Assembly: GCA_951406725.2 (NCBI GenBank)
Contig: OX597817.1
Span: 143,964,001-144,028,000 of the forward strand
Source of the DNA: Octopus vulgaris
Taxonomy: Eukaryota
DNA length: 64,000 bases
Direction of reading: 5' to 3'
A model generated the notes under the pieces. It did no database searches, had not been told where the DNA came from, and worked only from the letters and a program-made list of their open reading frames with translations. This document shows, piece after piece, positions 24,523 to 39,299 of this stretch (its first letter is position 1; each line of letters begins with the position of its first letter). A program made the position numbers and the translations under genes.

Positions 24523-25373
24523 CGTATATACAAATTAGCGGGTTGGTCACTGCCAGAACGTCGTTAATCATAAGGCTTTGATCATAAGGCTGTTCAATCA
24601 GGACTGATCCAGGGCTAAACAACAGCACTTAGGAATGAGTCAATGGAGAAGGAGCCACTATATGGTCGCTCAGCCTGCTAAAAATAACAGCCAAATCACT
24701 TATCAGACCCTGTCGCTTTAAAAATTGAGAAAAAGTACGAATTTGGGAAAAGAGATAAGATGGAATTGGTGACGTCCGAAAGTCTTGAACCAAAAAAACT
24801 AACTGCTGCAGCAGTGATGATCTGGAGGGGTGTGGAATAAAGATTGAAGGCCGCCGAGTGAAGAATACTGATTGTGAAACTGTTTCAATATGTTTGTGAA
24901 GTTGAAGAATTACGCATCGATCACTGCTAAAGATTCAGAAGAATGGGGACTAAGAAATCATGTTGGAAATAGAACAAAATTGGGAATTACATTTAATAGG
25001 GGTGGGAGGTGTACCGTAAATGGCACACCGAGTGTATATAACACGTATATATATATATATATATATATAGTGAAAAATGGTTAGATGTTTATGAACAGGT
25101 TGTTTTATATAAACAAAAGGCAGTTGAAAATAAACGAAAACATTGACAATTATTTTGCAATCTTTTGAGACATACAAAAATGGGGTAGCATTTCATTTAA
25201 ATGTATACTTATGCACATCTATATGTGCATATACAAATATACATATATATATATATAAGTGTGTGTATATATATATATATATATATGCACATATGCAAAG
25301 AAATACCTACAAGTAGATACATATATATATGCATACACAAATATACATACATATATAGGCACACACACGCACA

Positions 25374-25407
<34 letters not shown>

Positions 25408-26579
25408 GCGTGTATATACGTGCACGCATTAGAACTAAGACTTTGGTACTTTGTACAAAGATGTATTTTCATTGCATAATTTATGCATTTCTTTCATATA
25501 TGCATGCTCTCTCTCTCACACACACACATACGCGCGCGCACACATTCTCTTCACTTTTCCTTTGCGAAACAACAACAATAATAATATTAACAATAAACAT
25601 ATACAAAATAATTTTGTCGTAAAAATACCCCCCCCCCCCCCGCCGCCAAGGACGGTCGGTGGAGAATAAATGGGAAAATAGAACAGACAAGTAAACAAAA
25701 GATATACAAGAAAAACGCAGGTATTTGCTACGAAAAGCACAAAATGAGTAGCGAGGAAAAAAAATGCTTATGGTGATGTTGGAGTTTAGAGTACCCTTTC
25801 TCTTTCGCAAAAATAATTTTCATTATGGTTGGAGTGGGGGCATCAACTATTTAGCAGTTCTCTTTTGCTACAGTTATTAAAAATGTGTTCGATAATTATT
25901 TATTTCACTAATTTGGTATACCATAATGTAAAAAGACTTTGATTTGCTGCAAATTATAGATATGAGCTTGGCAGTGATTGAGCATTGGCTTATACGCGGA
26001 CAACGTTTCTACTCTTTGTTTAAATTTATTATTGTTATGACAATATAATATTTGTTCGTTTAAAATAATAATTATTATTGGTCTCATTCATTTCTTTGCG
26101 GGTCTGAAAGGAAAGCTACTTGTTGAAAGTGAAAACGGTACGTTATGCTTCGATATTACCAAAGCTTCGTGTGGAACGTTTCAAAAATAAACACCTATAA
26201 GTAATGAGGAGGGGAGAGAGGGAGAAAGAAAAGAAGGGTGGTTACGTAATTGTTGGGGGGGAAGAATGTAAAGGTGTTACAGGTAGTATAAACATTTTGC
26301 AGGGTGAAAAGTGGCAACGTAAGAGAAAGTAAAAGAAAAAAATATGGTGGTGGGGGAAAAAAATATTATTAAAACTAAAGAATTATGTACTTCTTTTCCG
26401 TGATTTTGTAAATAGATTTGAAATTCTTACCTGGCAAGATCTGTCCCATACACAGTGCCAAACTGAATGAATTACGAAATAGCTATTTTAAACACGTCAA
26501 CAGCACGAGGGCAAAAGGAGGGAAAACAAAAGAAGTCAAGCGCTTCTTTCACGGCTGCTTAATTATTGTATCAACAAGT

Positions 26580-27050
26580 AGTTTCTCTCTCCTTCTCACT
26601 TCTTCAACTCCACTCTCTCTCTCTCTTCTTCTCTTTCTTCCCCCTCGACTATAATCTCTCTGCCTCTCTCGCGATTCTTCTTCAACTATACTCCACTGTC
26701 TCTTCCTTTTTCTCTCTCAGCTCTCTCTCTCTCTTGCACTTCATCCTCATCTAAATTATGTTTTTGTACTTCCTCTTTCTATCTCTATCTCTCTCTCTTG
26801 CTCCTTCCTCAACTATCGTTTGTCTTTCTCTCCCTCTCACCCACTCTTCGTAAACCATAGGTTTCTTTCTTTTCTTCTACTATAGTCCTCTTTCTTTCTC
26901 TCTTCTCCCTCAACTATACTTCTCTGCCTTGCTCTTCCTCTCTCGCTTCTTTCCCTTTCACTCTCCCTTACTTATCCATCTGTAGTGCTCACTTTTCTCC
27001 CTCTCTTCTTTCTTATCTCTACTCCTCTCTTTCTCTCCATCTCACTCGCA
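26580..27050. repeat. CT/GA-rich low-complexity tract
   Basis: About 470 bp of degenerate (CT)n. Confidence 0.85.
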
Positions 27051-27177
27051 TCTGTTTTCTTTCAGACACAGCGATGTTGGAACCAAACGAAGCAACAAGT
27101 ATTATACTCTTAGATACTACTTCGTTATCTACATAACACTCAACTTTTACGCAAAACGTAGTCACAGTAGCATTGCT

Positions 27178-27229
<52 letters not shown>

Positions 27230-28868
27230 CTGACAGCTGATTTTATTGATATTTCTCTAGAAACTGGCTCCTCTTTCACAGTATCTGCTGTTATATTTAT
27301 GTATCTCTTGTTTATTATCATTATTTTTTATATCGATATTATTTTTCCCCCCTGTATTACGTTGTTCTCTCTTTATTTCCCCCCTTTTTTTTCCTGTTAA
27401 TTACATATGTACATTCTCTGCACATCTACATGATTATCTTATATAAAATGTTTTGTGCCGTATATGAAGGGCTTCTGTGACCAAGAAAAGAAACAATTAT
27501 TTTTATCCTCGTTATTACGGTTATTTACTATTAAGAATATCGAACTGCTTTGCACAGAAATGTGGTGGAGAATGAAGTTCACTGTTGTGGAGATTAATAG
27601 GAGTTGTTTCCCGCGTAATATTCCCTCCTAAGAGAGTTCATGCGTAATTAACTAAATTAATTAATTGATTGATAAAGCAAAAGAAGAGTCGTTTGAAATT
27701 AAATAAATTTCTGTACGATAAGATATGGATGAATAATTTAACGGTTCAGTCAATAAAACTACCTACTTAATTATAGTGAAAGCGACTGACTTTTCCCTTA
27801 ACTGAATCCTCATTTAGAATCAGCTTGGCACAGAATGACTAAGCAGTTCCATCGAATTAAAGATTCAGGCTATTAGACGAGCTGTCATATAGTTTCTAAC
27901 AGTGCTTTTTCACTCACAAAACTTAGAATACCTTTGCGTCTGAATTTTTTAAACCCGAAACCCAAAATTCGTCTGAATTTTGGGAGTAGAGATGAAACAA
28001 GGAAACCCCTCGGAGTGAAGGTCCTACTTTCCTTGCTCGGAATTAGCAAAGTTACAGAATAGCTTGTAATTCCTTGGCAATGCTACCCTAGGTGCAATAC
28101 TGTCTTAAGGGGTGGGCACACCAGAAAGCTGCCAGGGGCTTCGTGGATCCCAATCCAGGTAAAAAAAAAATGCTAGGAAAAAAAGTCACGGGGGTTTTGT
28201 CTGGATCCCATAAATTGTGTCTTTTTTTCCTAACCAAAAATATTGTCTTTTTTATTGATGACTTTTTCCCTGTGATTTTATGACCGGTCACCGCGATCCA
28301 GGGGTTCGATTCTGATCTCCGTGTGCTGTGGTTTGCAATCAGTAAATAAGTAAGACTTCCCTTACTTCCGTGACCTTATCACCTTTAATCTACAACAAAA
28401 TATTTTCTTTGTCACACCTGACAGCTGAACTGCCCCAGGTTTCCTTCCTGTTTTGAAATAACGTCCCTCACACTCTAACCTTTAATACCAATCAGTTGTC
28501 TGTCTTGAATTCCTTGGCACTGGATTGCTTTTTTTGTTTTCTTTCCTCCTCCATTACCAACATGGTTCGTTTGATCTAGTCTGGACCCAGAGTATCTTAC
28601 CTGTAAGATATGAGAGTCTTAACTGTAAGCAAACTTACCTGTAAGATATGGAAGTCTGAAATTTCATTTGGCCCACGATTTCTCTTCACCTTACTTTCTG
28701 TCTTCCCCACTGACTTTATCACTAGTTAACCTTATCGGTCTTCCATAACAGTTGAATCATCAATTAGAAGGGGGTTGGTTGGTTGGTACATGAGTCCCTT
28801 CTTGTGCTGAATGTGAATCAGAGATCATGGTTGACATTGCTTGTGAGAGGGCTGATGGTTTGTTTATT

Positions 28869-29121
28869 GAAGTGGTTCCCAACCTTTTTTTTTTTTCATA
28901 TGGATCCCTTTGTTTTCTTTTATACTTGCATGGACCTGCAGAGCTGTTCAATGTTTGAAAATTCCTATTTTTATAATTAAATATTATTAGAAATTGTATT
29001 AAAAATTGTTTAAAATATTTTGTGCAGTGTAGAAGTATATAACCAGTTTATTGGACATAAATTTTAACAAAATCTTATGTGGACCCCATTAGGGTCCTAT
29101 GGCCCCTAGTTCAGAACCACA
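28869..29121. mobile_element. Decayed hAT-like MITE related to 14194-15172
   Basis: agtggttcccaacc...tatggatcccttt ... tggaccccattagggtcctatggcccctagttcagaaccac. Confidence 0.5.
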
Positions 29122-30858
29122 GATACCTACGAATATGATACACCATCTTTTACTTGTTTATGTCATTTGATTGTGGCCATGCTGGAGCACCACCTTTAGT
29201 CGGGCAAATCGACACCAGGACTTATTCTTTGTAAGCCTAGTACTTATTCTATCAGTGTCTTTTGCTGAACCGCTAAGTTACGGGGACGTAAACACACCAG
29301 CATCAGTTGTCAAGCAATGTTGTGGGGACAAACACAGATACACACACACACATATATACACGATGGGCTTCTTCCAGTTTCCGTCTACCAAATCCACTCA
29401 CAAGACGTTGGTCAGCCCTAGGCTATAGTAGAAAACACATGCCCAAGGTGGCATGCAGTGGGGCTGAAACCAGGACCATGTGGTTGGTAAGCAAGCCACT
29501 TACCACACAGCCACTCCTGCACCTATATCTTATTTTTTTATATATTAGGAAGGCATAATTCAGTCCTGCCTTTTAATTTCAGTATTAAAACTCTATACAG
29601 TACTCCTGTAGTACACATGCTGCATACATTCCTACAACAACGTTTTCTTTACATGCTATAAAGGCAGAAGTAAATCTGCCTTCAACTCAGTCGCGCACTT
29701 GTGTTTCAATTATTTTTTTTTTTTGTGTGTGTTTTACTGCATAAATGTCACCAACTGCCTACCCTGAGTAATTACTGATAGTATGTGCCTGGATGAAAGA
29801 TAAGGTCATCCTCATCGGAATTCAAACTCAGAAAGTAAAGACAGAAGAAATGCCACTAAGCAATAGTTCTGCCAGCTTGCTGCCTTATGTCTTGCAAACA
29901 TAATGGTAATAGATTAACAAGACACAGAAGTCAGTAATATAATTATATCCTGTCCAAACCCAGAGTTGCAAGTATTCTGGAGCAAATGAATCTCAAATAA
30001 AAGACATCTTTTCCTTGGAAACTGAGTTTATTTGGAACAACAGTTGTTAATGCATTCGCTTGGTCTCCCATGACTGAGTGTGCAGTGGACCAAAGTATTG
30101 AGGCTGTACACATGAAAGTCATCAAAGTACATCAAACCAATTAAGTTCATTCAATAAATACATATTTCAATTTGTGGCCATTGAAGCTAAAAACAACTGT
30201 GGTCCTTCCACTTGGAAGGTCATCTCTGATTTGGGGCTGAAATGGCACTGGACAATGCACCAAAAGATTTCAGTTGCTAACCTGAGGAGGACCGATTCAG
30301 CAATATATTATAGAATATCAAAGAAAGAAAAGAGAAAAAGGAAAATGTCCAATCAATTTTTCTAATTATTTGTTTCGTTTGTGTCTTTTTTTTCTCTGTT
30401 TTGCATTTTCTTTAGGCACCGCTGTGCAGTTAGAAAGCTTGTTGTGCAACCACATAATTTTAGGTTCAGTCCCACTGCACAGCACCCTGGACAAGTGTTT
30501 TGTACTATAGCCCAGGGCTGACCAATACCTTATGAGAGAATTTGGTTGAGGGAGACTGTATGTATGTATATACTTTGATACTTTGATACTTTTCGGCCAT
30601 TATTGGCCCAGGCCATGTCTAACTTAATAGCACCACCTGGTATATATATATATATTTATTTATATTCTTTTCTATTCTAGGCAAAAGGCCCGAAATATTT
30701 GGGGAGGGGGTGGCAGTTGATTAAATTGACCCCAGTATGCAACTGGTACTTAATTTATCGACCCCGAAAGGATGAAAAGCAAAGTCAACCTTGGTGGAAT
30801 TTGAACTCAGAACAATTAAAACAGACGAAATACCGCTAAGTATTTTACCTGGTGTGCT

Positions 30859-30903
<45 letters not shown>

Positions 30904-33900
30904 TTTACTTGTTTCAGTCATTTGACTGTGGCCATGCTGGAGTACCACATTTAGTTGAGCAAATTGACCCCAAGACTTATTCTTTGTAAGACTATTACTT
31001 ATTCTATTGATCTCTTTTGCCGAACTGCTAAGTTATGGGGACGTAAACACACCAGCATCGATTGTCAAGCGATGTTAGGGGGACAAACACACACACACAT
31101 ACATATATACACATACATATATATATGATAGGCTTCTTTCAATTTTGGTCTACCACTCAAGGCTATAGTAGAAGACACTTACCCAAGGTGCCATGCAGTG
31201 GGACTGAACCCAGAACTATATGCGGCTGGTAAGCAAGCTACTTACCACACAGCCACTCCTGCGCCTATATATATATATATATATATACAGTGCCATCTGA
31301 CTGACACCTGTGCTGGTGGCATGTGAAAAGCACTGTTCGATTGTTGGGCTTCTTGGAGGCAGTGACAGGTGACCAAGACCTTTGGCAATATACCATGCTT
31401 GAGTAGACCTGTCAAGGCAAGTGAGACCGTAGTTGTGACTGAAGACTGTGTCAGGTCAATGGCACTCATGCCGGTGACATGTAAAAAGCACCCACTACAC
31501 TCTGAGTGGTTGTCATTAGGAAGGGCACCCAACCATACAAACCTTACCAAATCAGATTGGAACCTGGTGCTGACCCTTGGCTTACCAGTTTTTAGTCAAA
31601 CCGTCCAATCCATGCCAGCATGGAAAGCGGATGTTAAATGATGATGATGATATATATATTTGTATATAGGTGTAGGAGTGGCTGTGTGGTAAGTAGCTTG
31701 CTTACCAACCACATGGTTCTGGGTTCAGTCCCACTGCATGGCACTTTGGGCAAGTGCCTTCTACTATAGCCTTGGGCCAACCAAAGTCTTGTGAGTGAAT
31801 TTGGTAGACCGAAACTGAAAGAAGCCTGTCGTATATATGTATGTATGTGTATATGTTTGTCATCCCAGCATCACTTGACAACCGATGCTGGTGTGTTTTC
31901 AAAGTTAATTGAAACAAAGACAATATATTCCAGTGAAAATATGGTAACAAAATAATTACCCAGAATAAAGAAAGAGGTTCTATGTTTCAGGCAACATGCC
32001 CTTTATCAAGAATAAAAAAAGAGAGACTTCCAAATATAAATGCTAATAGAATCCATCATTATTTTCTTGCTCGTTGTACTTGGCTTGCTTTAGCAATTCT
32101 TTTAGTTTGTCACAATCAATTTTCTAAAGATCTTCTCATCCCGAAAGTGATGCATAAATGCCATTGTGAAGAAACCACTAATATTCAATCTGATAATTCA
32201 GTTTTGTTACACTTAAATCGTGAAACTTAATCATCTGGAAGAAATATTTCATTTTTAATTATTTTAAAAAAAAAACTCTTTTATCAGTCTTTCATTCCAG
32301 TTAAAAAAACCATAAAATTATTATCTTAATGAATTCTGTTCATAATGTCAGTGAGTTGGGTGGTGGTAATGGTGATGGTGCTGTTGGTTGTAATGGTGGC
32401 GGAGGTAGTGTTGTTGTTGTTGCCACTGCTGCTGTTTTTGTTTAGCTCTTGAGTATCCCTGAGAAGGCCTATAATCAGAGGCTTCTCAGCCATGCCCACC
32501 CCTCCTTTACTCAAGCATTGTAAATCTAGAACTACATCTTCCAATATCTCCCTCATGTCCCAGATTATTATAATTGTTTTTAATGATAGAATGTAATTTC
32601 ATTGAAATTTTGTTGCTATGTTTAGCAGGTTGAGCGAGCCCCATGGAAACTAAAAATAATAGATTTCTAAATCTCTCAGAGAGAATTATGCAATAGCAGC
32701 ACAATAAAGTGATAGCATGTTGTCAACTTAATGTGACAGTCCCATAAAAGGGAAGAATGCTACTGTTATTCAGCCCTAGGAAACACCATTTCTTGTTGGA
32801 CTTGACACATTTCCTGTGTCCTTATGTTTTCAAAGTGGAGACAAGCACCTCCACCCAGCATTATAATAATAATATTATTATTATTACTATTCCACCAAGG
32901 TCAACTTGCTCTTCATACTTTTAGGGTCAATAAAATAAGTACCAGTTGAACACCAGGGTTAATGTAATTTACTCATCCCATCCCCCAAAATTGCTGTCCT
33001 TATGGCAAAATCTGAAACCATTATTATTATTATTGAATGTGGTCGATGCCAGGTCCACCTGACTGGCTCCCTCACTGGTGGCATGTAAAAAGCACCAATG
33101 AATCATGGCCGATGCCAGTACCCCCTGATTGGCTCTTGTGCCAGTGGCATGTAAAAAGTACCATCTGAACGTGATCAGGGCCAGGCCCGCCTGACTGGCT
33201 CTTGAGTGGTTGGCGTTAGGAAGGACATCCAGCTGTAGAGACCTTGCCAGTTCAGATTGGAGCCTGGTGCAGCCTTTTGGCTCTCCAGACCTCAGTCAAA
33301 CCGTCCAACCCATGCCAGCATGGAAAACGGATGTTAAATGATGATGATGATGATTAAGCACTGGTTATGGTAGCACGTAAAAAGTGCCCTGTATATTCTG
33401 TGGAGTGGTTGGCATTTAGAAAGGCATCCAGCTGTAGAAATCATGTCGAAACAGACTACGGAACCTGGTGTGAACCCTGGCCTTTCCAGATCCTGTCAAG
33501 CTTTCCAAGCATGGAAAACATGCCATGTTAAATGATGAATAGATGATTATGATATGGGATATTCAAATTTATACAGAAAATAAAAAAAAATTTTAACAAA
33601 ATACAACACCCTAGAACCACATGATTTGATTTTTCTGCTAAACTAGGTGATGCTGGTGATATTATTATTCATGTGAGATAATTGCAAAGTCAGTGGAATT
33701 CAATAATAATTGGTAACAGTTGAACAGTCAAGTGTTTTGAAAGCCATTAATACTGTTTTATGATGTTACAACATAATGGAAACACATCAGAGGAGATTGG
33801 ATATTGTAATAGATAGGACTGGTGCCTTTGCATTCAACTTAATGAGCTTTTGGCTTTATTTATAGTATAGGGTGTACAAATGTGTGTGTGTGCATGTGTG

Positions 33901-34319
33901 TATATTCTTTTTATTCTTTTATTTGTTTCAGTCATTTGATTGAGGCTACGCTGGAGCACTGCCTTTAGTCGAGCAAATCGTCCCCAGGACTTATTCTTTG
34001 TAAGCCTAGTACTTATTCTATAGGTCTCTCTTACCGAACCGCTAAGTGATGGGGACGTAAACACACCAGCATCGGTTGTCAAGTGATGTTGGGGGGACAA
34101 ACACAGACACACAAACATATACATATATATATATATATATACATATATACCCGACAGGCTTCTTTCAGTTTCTGTCTACCAAATCCACTCACAAGGCTTT
34201 GGTCGACCCAAGGCTATAGTAGAAGGTACTTGCCCAAGGCAGAACCGTGTGGTTGGTAAGCAAGCTACTTACCACACAGCCACTTCTACACCTATATATA
34301 TATATATATACATACATAT

Positions 34320-34782
34320 ATGCGGAGACGACTGCGCTGGCTCGGACACGTCTGCTGCATGCAGGACGGTCGCATGCCTAAAGACATCCTGTACAGCGAA
34401 CTCACCACGGGATCCCGACCCAAGGGACGTCCACAGCTACGATACAGGGATGTGTGCAAGCGCGACCTGAGGACTGCCAACATCTGTGTGGACACGTGGG
34501 AGGTAACAGCTGCTGACCGCTCTGCCTGGCGTCGGACAGTGAGGAAAGGCATTTCCATGGCTGAGGAAAGGAGAGCACAGCTGTGGTCGGACAGGTGGGA
34601 CAGGAGGAGGACAACTGCAGCAACACCCCACACGTACCCATCGATGTTCGTGTGCAGCAACTGTACCAGGGACTGCCACTCTAGAATTGGACTGTTCAGT
34701 CACAGCAGACGCTGCTCATCATCAAAGTAGGCCCCACCCTTGGCGCGACCCATTGTCTATCAAGACAGACGGGGGAAGAGAG
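34320..34782 (+). mobile_element. 5'-truncated RTE-clade LINE (ORF C-terminus plus short 3' UTR)
   Basis: RRLRWLGHVCCMQDGRMPKDILYSEL..G.RP.GRP.LRY.D..K.DL and terminal zinc-finger-like CSNCTRDCHSRIGLFSHSRRC; inserted in a TA/TACA tract. Confidence 0.9.
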
Positions 34783-36014
34783 AATACATACATACATACA
34801 CATATATAGACATATGCATTTATATATATGTACACACACACACATATACATATATATATATATATATTATCAGCATGAACATAATTTTTACAACTGTTCT
34901 TTTCATGCCTCCATGGGTTGGAGACATGTTTTTACTGCCATGTAGGAAGTGGCCAAGCTCAATATATAGAAAGCAGTGGGTAGGAGTTCCATGCAGTGTA
35001 CTCAATGCATTCAAACTATGAGTGTAAAAGTAATGCTGTGTGGGATCACATGCGGGATTAAACTGATAGGGGGTTTCTATGTAGTAGATGCACAGAAACA
35101 GCTAGGATTAAGTGTACTCATCATTATCATTATCATCATCACCATCATCATCATCATTATCATTTAGCATCTGTTTTCCATGCCAACATCGGTAGGATGG
35201 TTTGATTGGTGAGCTGGCAGAAATGTTAGTACGCCGGAGGAAATGCGTAGCCGTATTTCGTCTGCTGTTATTTTCTGAGTTCAAATTCCACCGAGGTCCA
35301 CTTTGTCTTTCATCCTTTCGGGGTTGATAAATTAAGTACCAGTTATGCACTGGGATCGATATAATCGACTTAATCCATTTGTCTGTCCTTGTTTGTCTTC
35401 TCTGTGTTTAGCCCCTTGTGGGTAGTAAAGAAATAGGTTTGATAAGGAACCAGCAAGGAACAGGGCTGCACTGAGTTCCAGTGTCATCTTTGGTATGGTT
35501 TCTATAGACGAATGGTCTTATAATGGAAGGCAAGGTTTACGATATCGGGAGAATTTCGCCTTCTCCCATTATATCTTGTTCTTCGTGCAGTTCAGGCTCT
35601 GGCAGGTGAAGAAAGAAGTCTTTAAGTACAAATGCAATTTACAACCGGTTTATTTACAAGTTTCACAGAACAGGTGAAGTGTGTTGGTCTCAGCAACTAT
35701 CTTGAGCTGTGTGTGTGGTGTTGTATCTCCATTAGAGCTGGCACATTGCCTTTGGAGGTACAACATGCAGACAGGCCCAGGAAGTGAAGTGTGCTCAGCA
35801 AGCGCTACTGCATAGAAGCGGAGAGAGAGAATGAATCTGTTTCTGTTTTGCCCTTATATACAGTTTGCCATTGTGAGCTTCGTTGTGATCTCGCACATGG
35901 CAAATGGATGCAGGTAAGGTCTTGCTCCAGTCTCGGATATGGCAATGGCTGTTGCAAGATCTCATCCAATATGGCGCTGACTGCTTGTGCCGCTACAGTC
36001 TTTCTAATGCTAAT

Positions 36015-36583
36015 TATTGGGTTGCCCGGAAAGTTCATGCCGATTTATAGTAGCTTACCTTCAAGCTTATTTTAGAACATGGTTGAGTCCATTAAATAGG
36101 ATTTGACTACACCTCCATTTAGAGCACAGTTTACGCTATCTTTTTGTGGAATAAGGTTTATGTTTCTATAACCTGTGTTAATTCTGTAACCCTTTAAAAT
36201 GGAAGATAAGAAAGTTTATTTTCGCCACTTGATGTTTGGGAACCAGACAAAAATTGCTGCAGCTCGGCTGGGATGTGTTACCCTACCCTCCATATTCACC
36301 AGATATTGCTCCTTCGGATTTCCACTTATTCAGGTCTCTGCAGAATAGTCTTAATGGTAAAAATTTCAATTCCTTGGATGGCATAAATAGATACTTTGAT
36401 GAATTCTTTGCTATGAAACCACCTTAATTCTGGGAAGAAGGTATTTTCAAGTTAAAGGAAAGATGGAGATGCATTGTGCAACAAAATGTTTCATATTTGG
36501 TTGATTAAAAATGTAATGGCAAGTATTTATTGACCTTTTCCTTTCCTTTAAAAATCAGCACGAACTTTCTGGACAACCCAATA
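36015..36583 (+). mobile_element. Internally deleted mariner
   Basis: TA|ttgggttgcccggaaagttcatgccgattt ... aaatcagcacgaactttctggacaacccaa|TA; N-terminal MEDKKVYFRHLM joined to the C-terminal PYPPYSPDIAPSDFHLFRSL. Confidence 0.9.
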
Positions 36584-37819
36584 CCTTACAGAATGTACTG
36601 TAAGGCACTAGCAAGGTTGTCATATAACTTTCAAGTCAGAAAAGAACAGAGAAAACAGAAAGTGGGGAAAGCCCCACCCCTGCTACTAAGAAGAAATATC
36701 TGGGAAGTGGAGATGATGGTTTTTATGCCAGGTATTGAAAGGCTGAAGTATGGTAAAGTGATAAGCACAGATGTTCCTGCTAGAGAGGAGGTATATGGCT
36801 TTTGAGGGCGGCGAGCTAGCAGAAACGTTAGCAAGCCGGGCAAAATGTGTAGCCGTATTTCATCTGCCGTTATGTTCTGACTTCAAATTCCGCCAAGGTC
36901 GACTTTGCCTTTCATCCTTTCGGCGTTGATAAATTAAGTACCAGTTACGCACTGGGGTCGATGTGATCGACTTAATCCATTTGTCTGTCATTTTTTGTCC
37001 CCTCTGTGTTTAGCCTCTTGTGGGTAGTAAAGAAATAGGTATATGGCTTTTAAGCTATTGACACTAAATAGGAAGATCTGCAAACAGATCTCTGACTTGT
37101 TTTGGAGACTTTCATGTTGTTGCTTCCTCCAGAGTCATATCCCAGTCACAAAAAAATCATGTGAAAATAATCGCTGGATTTTGCAATTAATTTTGATCAT
37201 TCTCAAAATTTATTTCCAAGTTTTAAAAAATGTTATACAAAAAAAATTTATTGCAGAAAATCATGTAAAAAAATCACTGAAAGCAATCACAGTAATGAAA
37301 ACTTGGGACTCCAAAATTTCAGGATTGCAGGTCTGGATTCGGTGCAGAATGTTTTTAATTTACTCACGGAGTTGACCTGATTCCAAAATGGTATGATCTG
37401 TTGGGCTATGGCGTCTAGGAGTAAAGTTGAAAAAGGGTGACACACTGACACACTGCCATTCGCATTTATTATACTAAGAAGGAGATAAAAGGAAGGTAGT
37501 GACGAGGTGCTAGAGCAAAGTCTCAAAGAGTAAGAAGATGAGCATAAAATAGGATACAGATAGGGGGTCGTGGGGAGGAGGAGGAGAGAGTGTGTGGATG
37601 CTTTCAGAGGAGTGTGAGAGGGGAAATAAATAGCTGGAAGTGGAGGTTAATATAGTGAATGATGAACAAGGATGGGGTTGCAGATGATGAGAAATACCTG
37701 TATGGAGAGGGATGAGGGGATGAGACATGGGAGTGGCTCAGGAAGGAAAATGGACAGAAAGTAGGTGAAAGGTGTAAGAGTAGTGGGGAGAGAGAGAGAT
37801 ACAGGGGTACATAAGAGAC

Positions 37820-39060
37820 TATACTGAATTACTCTGAATATCCAGGGGGTTCCCTAAAAGTAACTGATAGCTTCTGGTGGTACCTAGGTCATATAATCAG
37901 CAGTGATGGGGGGTATGGTGAAAAGAGGATAGCTAGAGTAAGCATGGAGTAGGAAAAAGTTTGGGGAGGTATTATTATATTACTTCTGGTCGTGACACAG
38001 AGAGAGAAATTCTCTGTGTAAATGAAGGGTAGATTGTATGATGCTTGGGAATATATAATATCTCTTATATAAAATCTGTTCTGTGTGTGTGTGTGTGTGT
38101 CTTCTAGGATCTCGGGCATCCTCCATCCGATTGTGCTCAAATTTGATATGTAGATACTGACGGTATGAGGGCGTGTATAAGTCTTGAAAAAATTACAAAA
38201 ATCAATTCCAGGTGAAAATGTGATCGATAAAGCCATGGGAAATCGTTTTTCTTTGGAATAGGAAAAAGTCTATCTTTATTTCTTCTTTTGTTGGTGTCTC
38301 AAATGTTTTAAATCAGTTTTTCTCAAAGGTGAGGCCTATGGGATGGTTGGAAAAGTTGTTTTGAGAAAATTTGGTTTAAATGTTTGACAACTCAGCACCG
38401 TCCATTGGACGGTGGGGGGCGTTTTGCTCATATATATACTGTGCTTATTTTGTACAGTGCTCTGGTACACTACAGCTCATCAGAAAGGGGCAAAATAGGG
38501 AACAGAAAGTAGTTATAAATTAAGTAAAGAAAGAAGTAATGAAAGCCACAAGTGCACAGTACACAAAATAAAACACAAAAAGGCTGAAAAGTTAACAGTG
38601 AGAGTAATTAAAGGAAAGGGTGCCCCAGGGGCAGTGTTGGCAAATGTGATTTGGAATAGTTGCTGGTAGTGAATCATGGGCATTTATTGTGAAGGAGGAG
38701 TAAACTATTCTAAAGGAACAAAATATGTTGCATTGGGCACATAATGATAGGGTTCATGAATAGAGAAATGGAAATGAGTCAAGAGGGAAACTAGATATAA
38801 GGGGTTTGGGATGCAAAGTGCAAAGGGGGAGAAAGTGTTGGGGCTAACATGATGCATATGGAGAATGACTGTTGGGTCAAGAAGAAGTGCTGAAATACCC
38901 AAGTGGAAAGAAGCTGGCGAAGAGGAAAGACTAAGGAAGATATGGTAAGAGATGATGGCAGCTGATCACAGGATCCTGAAACCATATAAAGATGATAAGA
39001 AACTGTCAGAAGTGTCACAGTGCTGGAGAAAGGACTTAACCAGTCTATGCAAGAATGGAG
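37820..39060 (+). mobile_element. Highly decayed RTE LINE 3' region interrupted by a Helitron-like insert (~38056-38660)
   Basis: Residual YLGHIISSDGG and KGRLYDA-like motifs; the insert starts tctcttatataaaa followed by (TG)n. Confidence 0.45.
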
Positions 39061-39299
39061 ATATAATTTTATATATATATATATATGCATGTATATATAT
39101 ATACGCATGTGTATATATATATATATATATAAAGGTGCAGATGTGGCTGTGTGGTAAGAAGCTTGCTTCCCAAACCACATGGTTCTGGGTTCAATCCCAC
39201 TGCGTGGCACCTTGGGCAAGTGTCTTCAGCTATATCCTCAGGCCGTCCAAAGCATTGTGAGTGGATTTGGTAGACTGAGGCTAAAAAGAAGTCCATCGT

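Noticed and set aside
29943-30365. Small ORFs in unique sequence
   Set aside because: 60-63 aa, no recognisable family, within chance expectation.
35520-36590. Solo LTR on the minus strand interrupted by the mariner
   Set aside because: TATA-like and AATAAA motifs are present, but no matching TG...CA ends with a TSD could be read.
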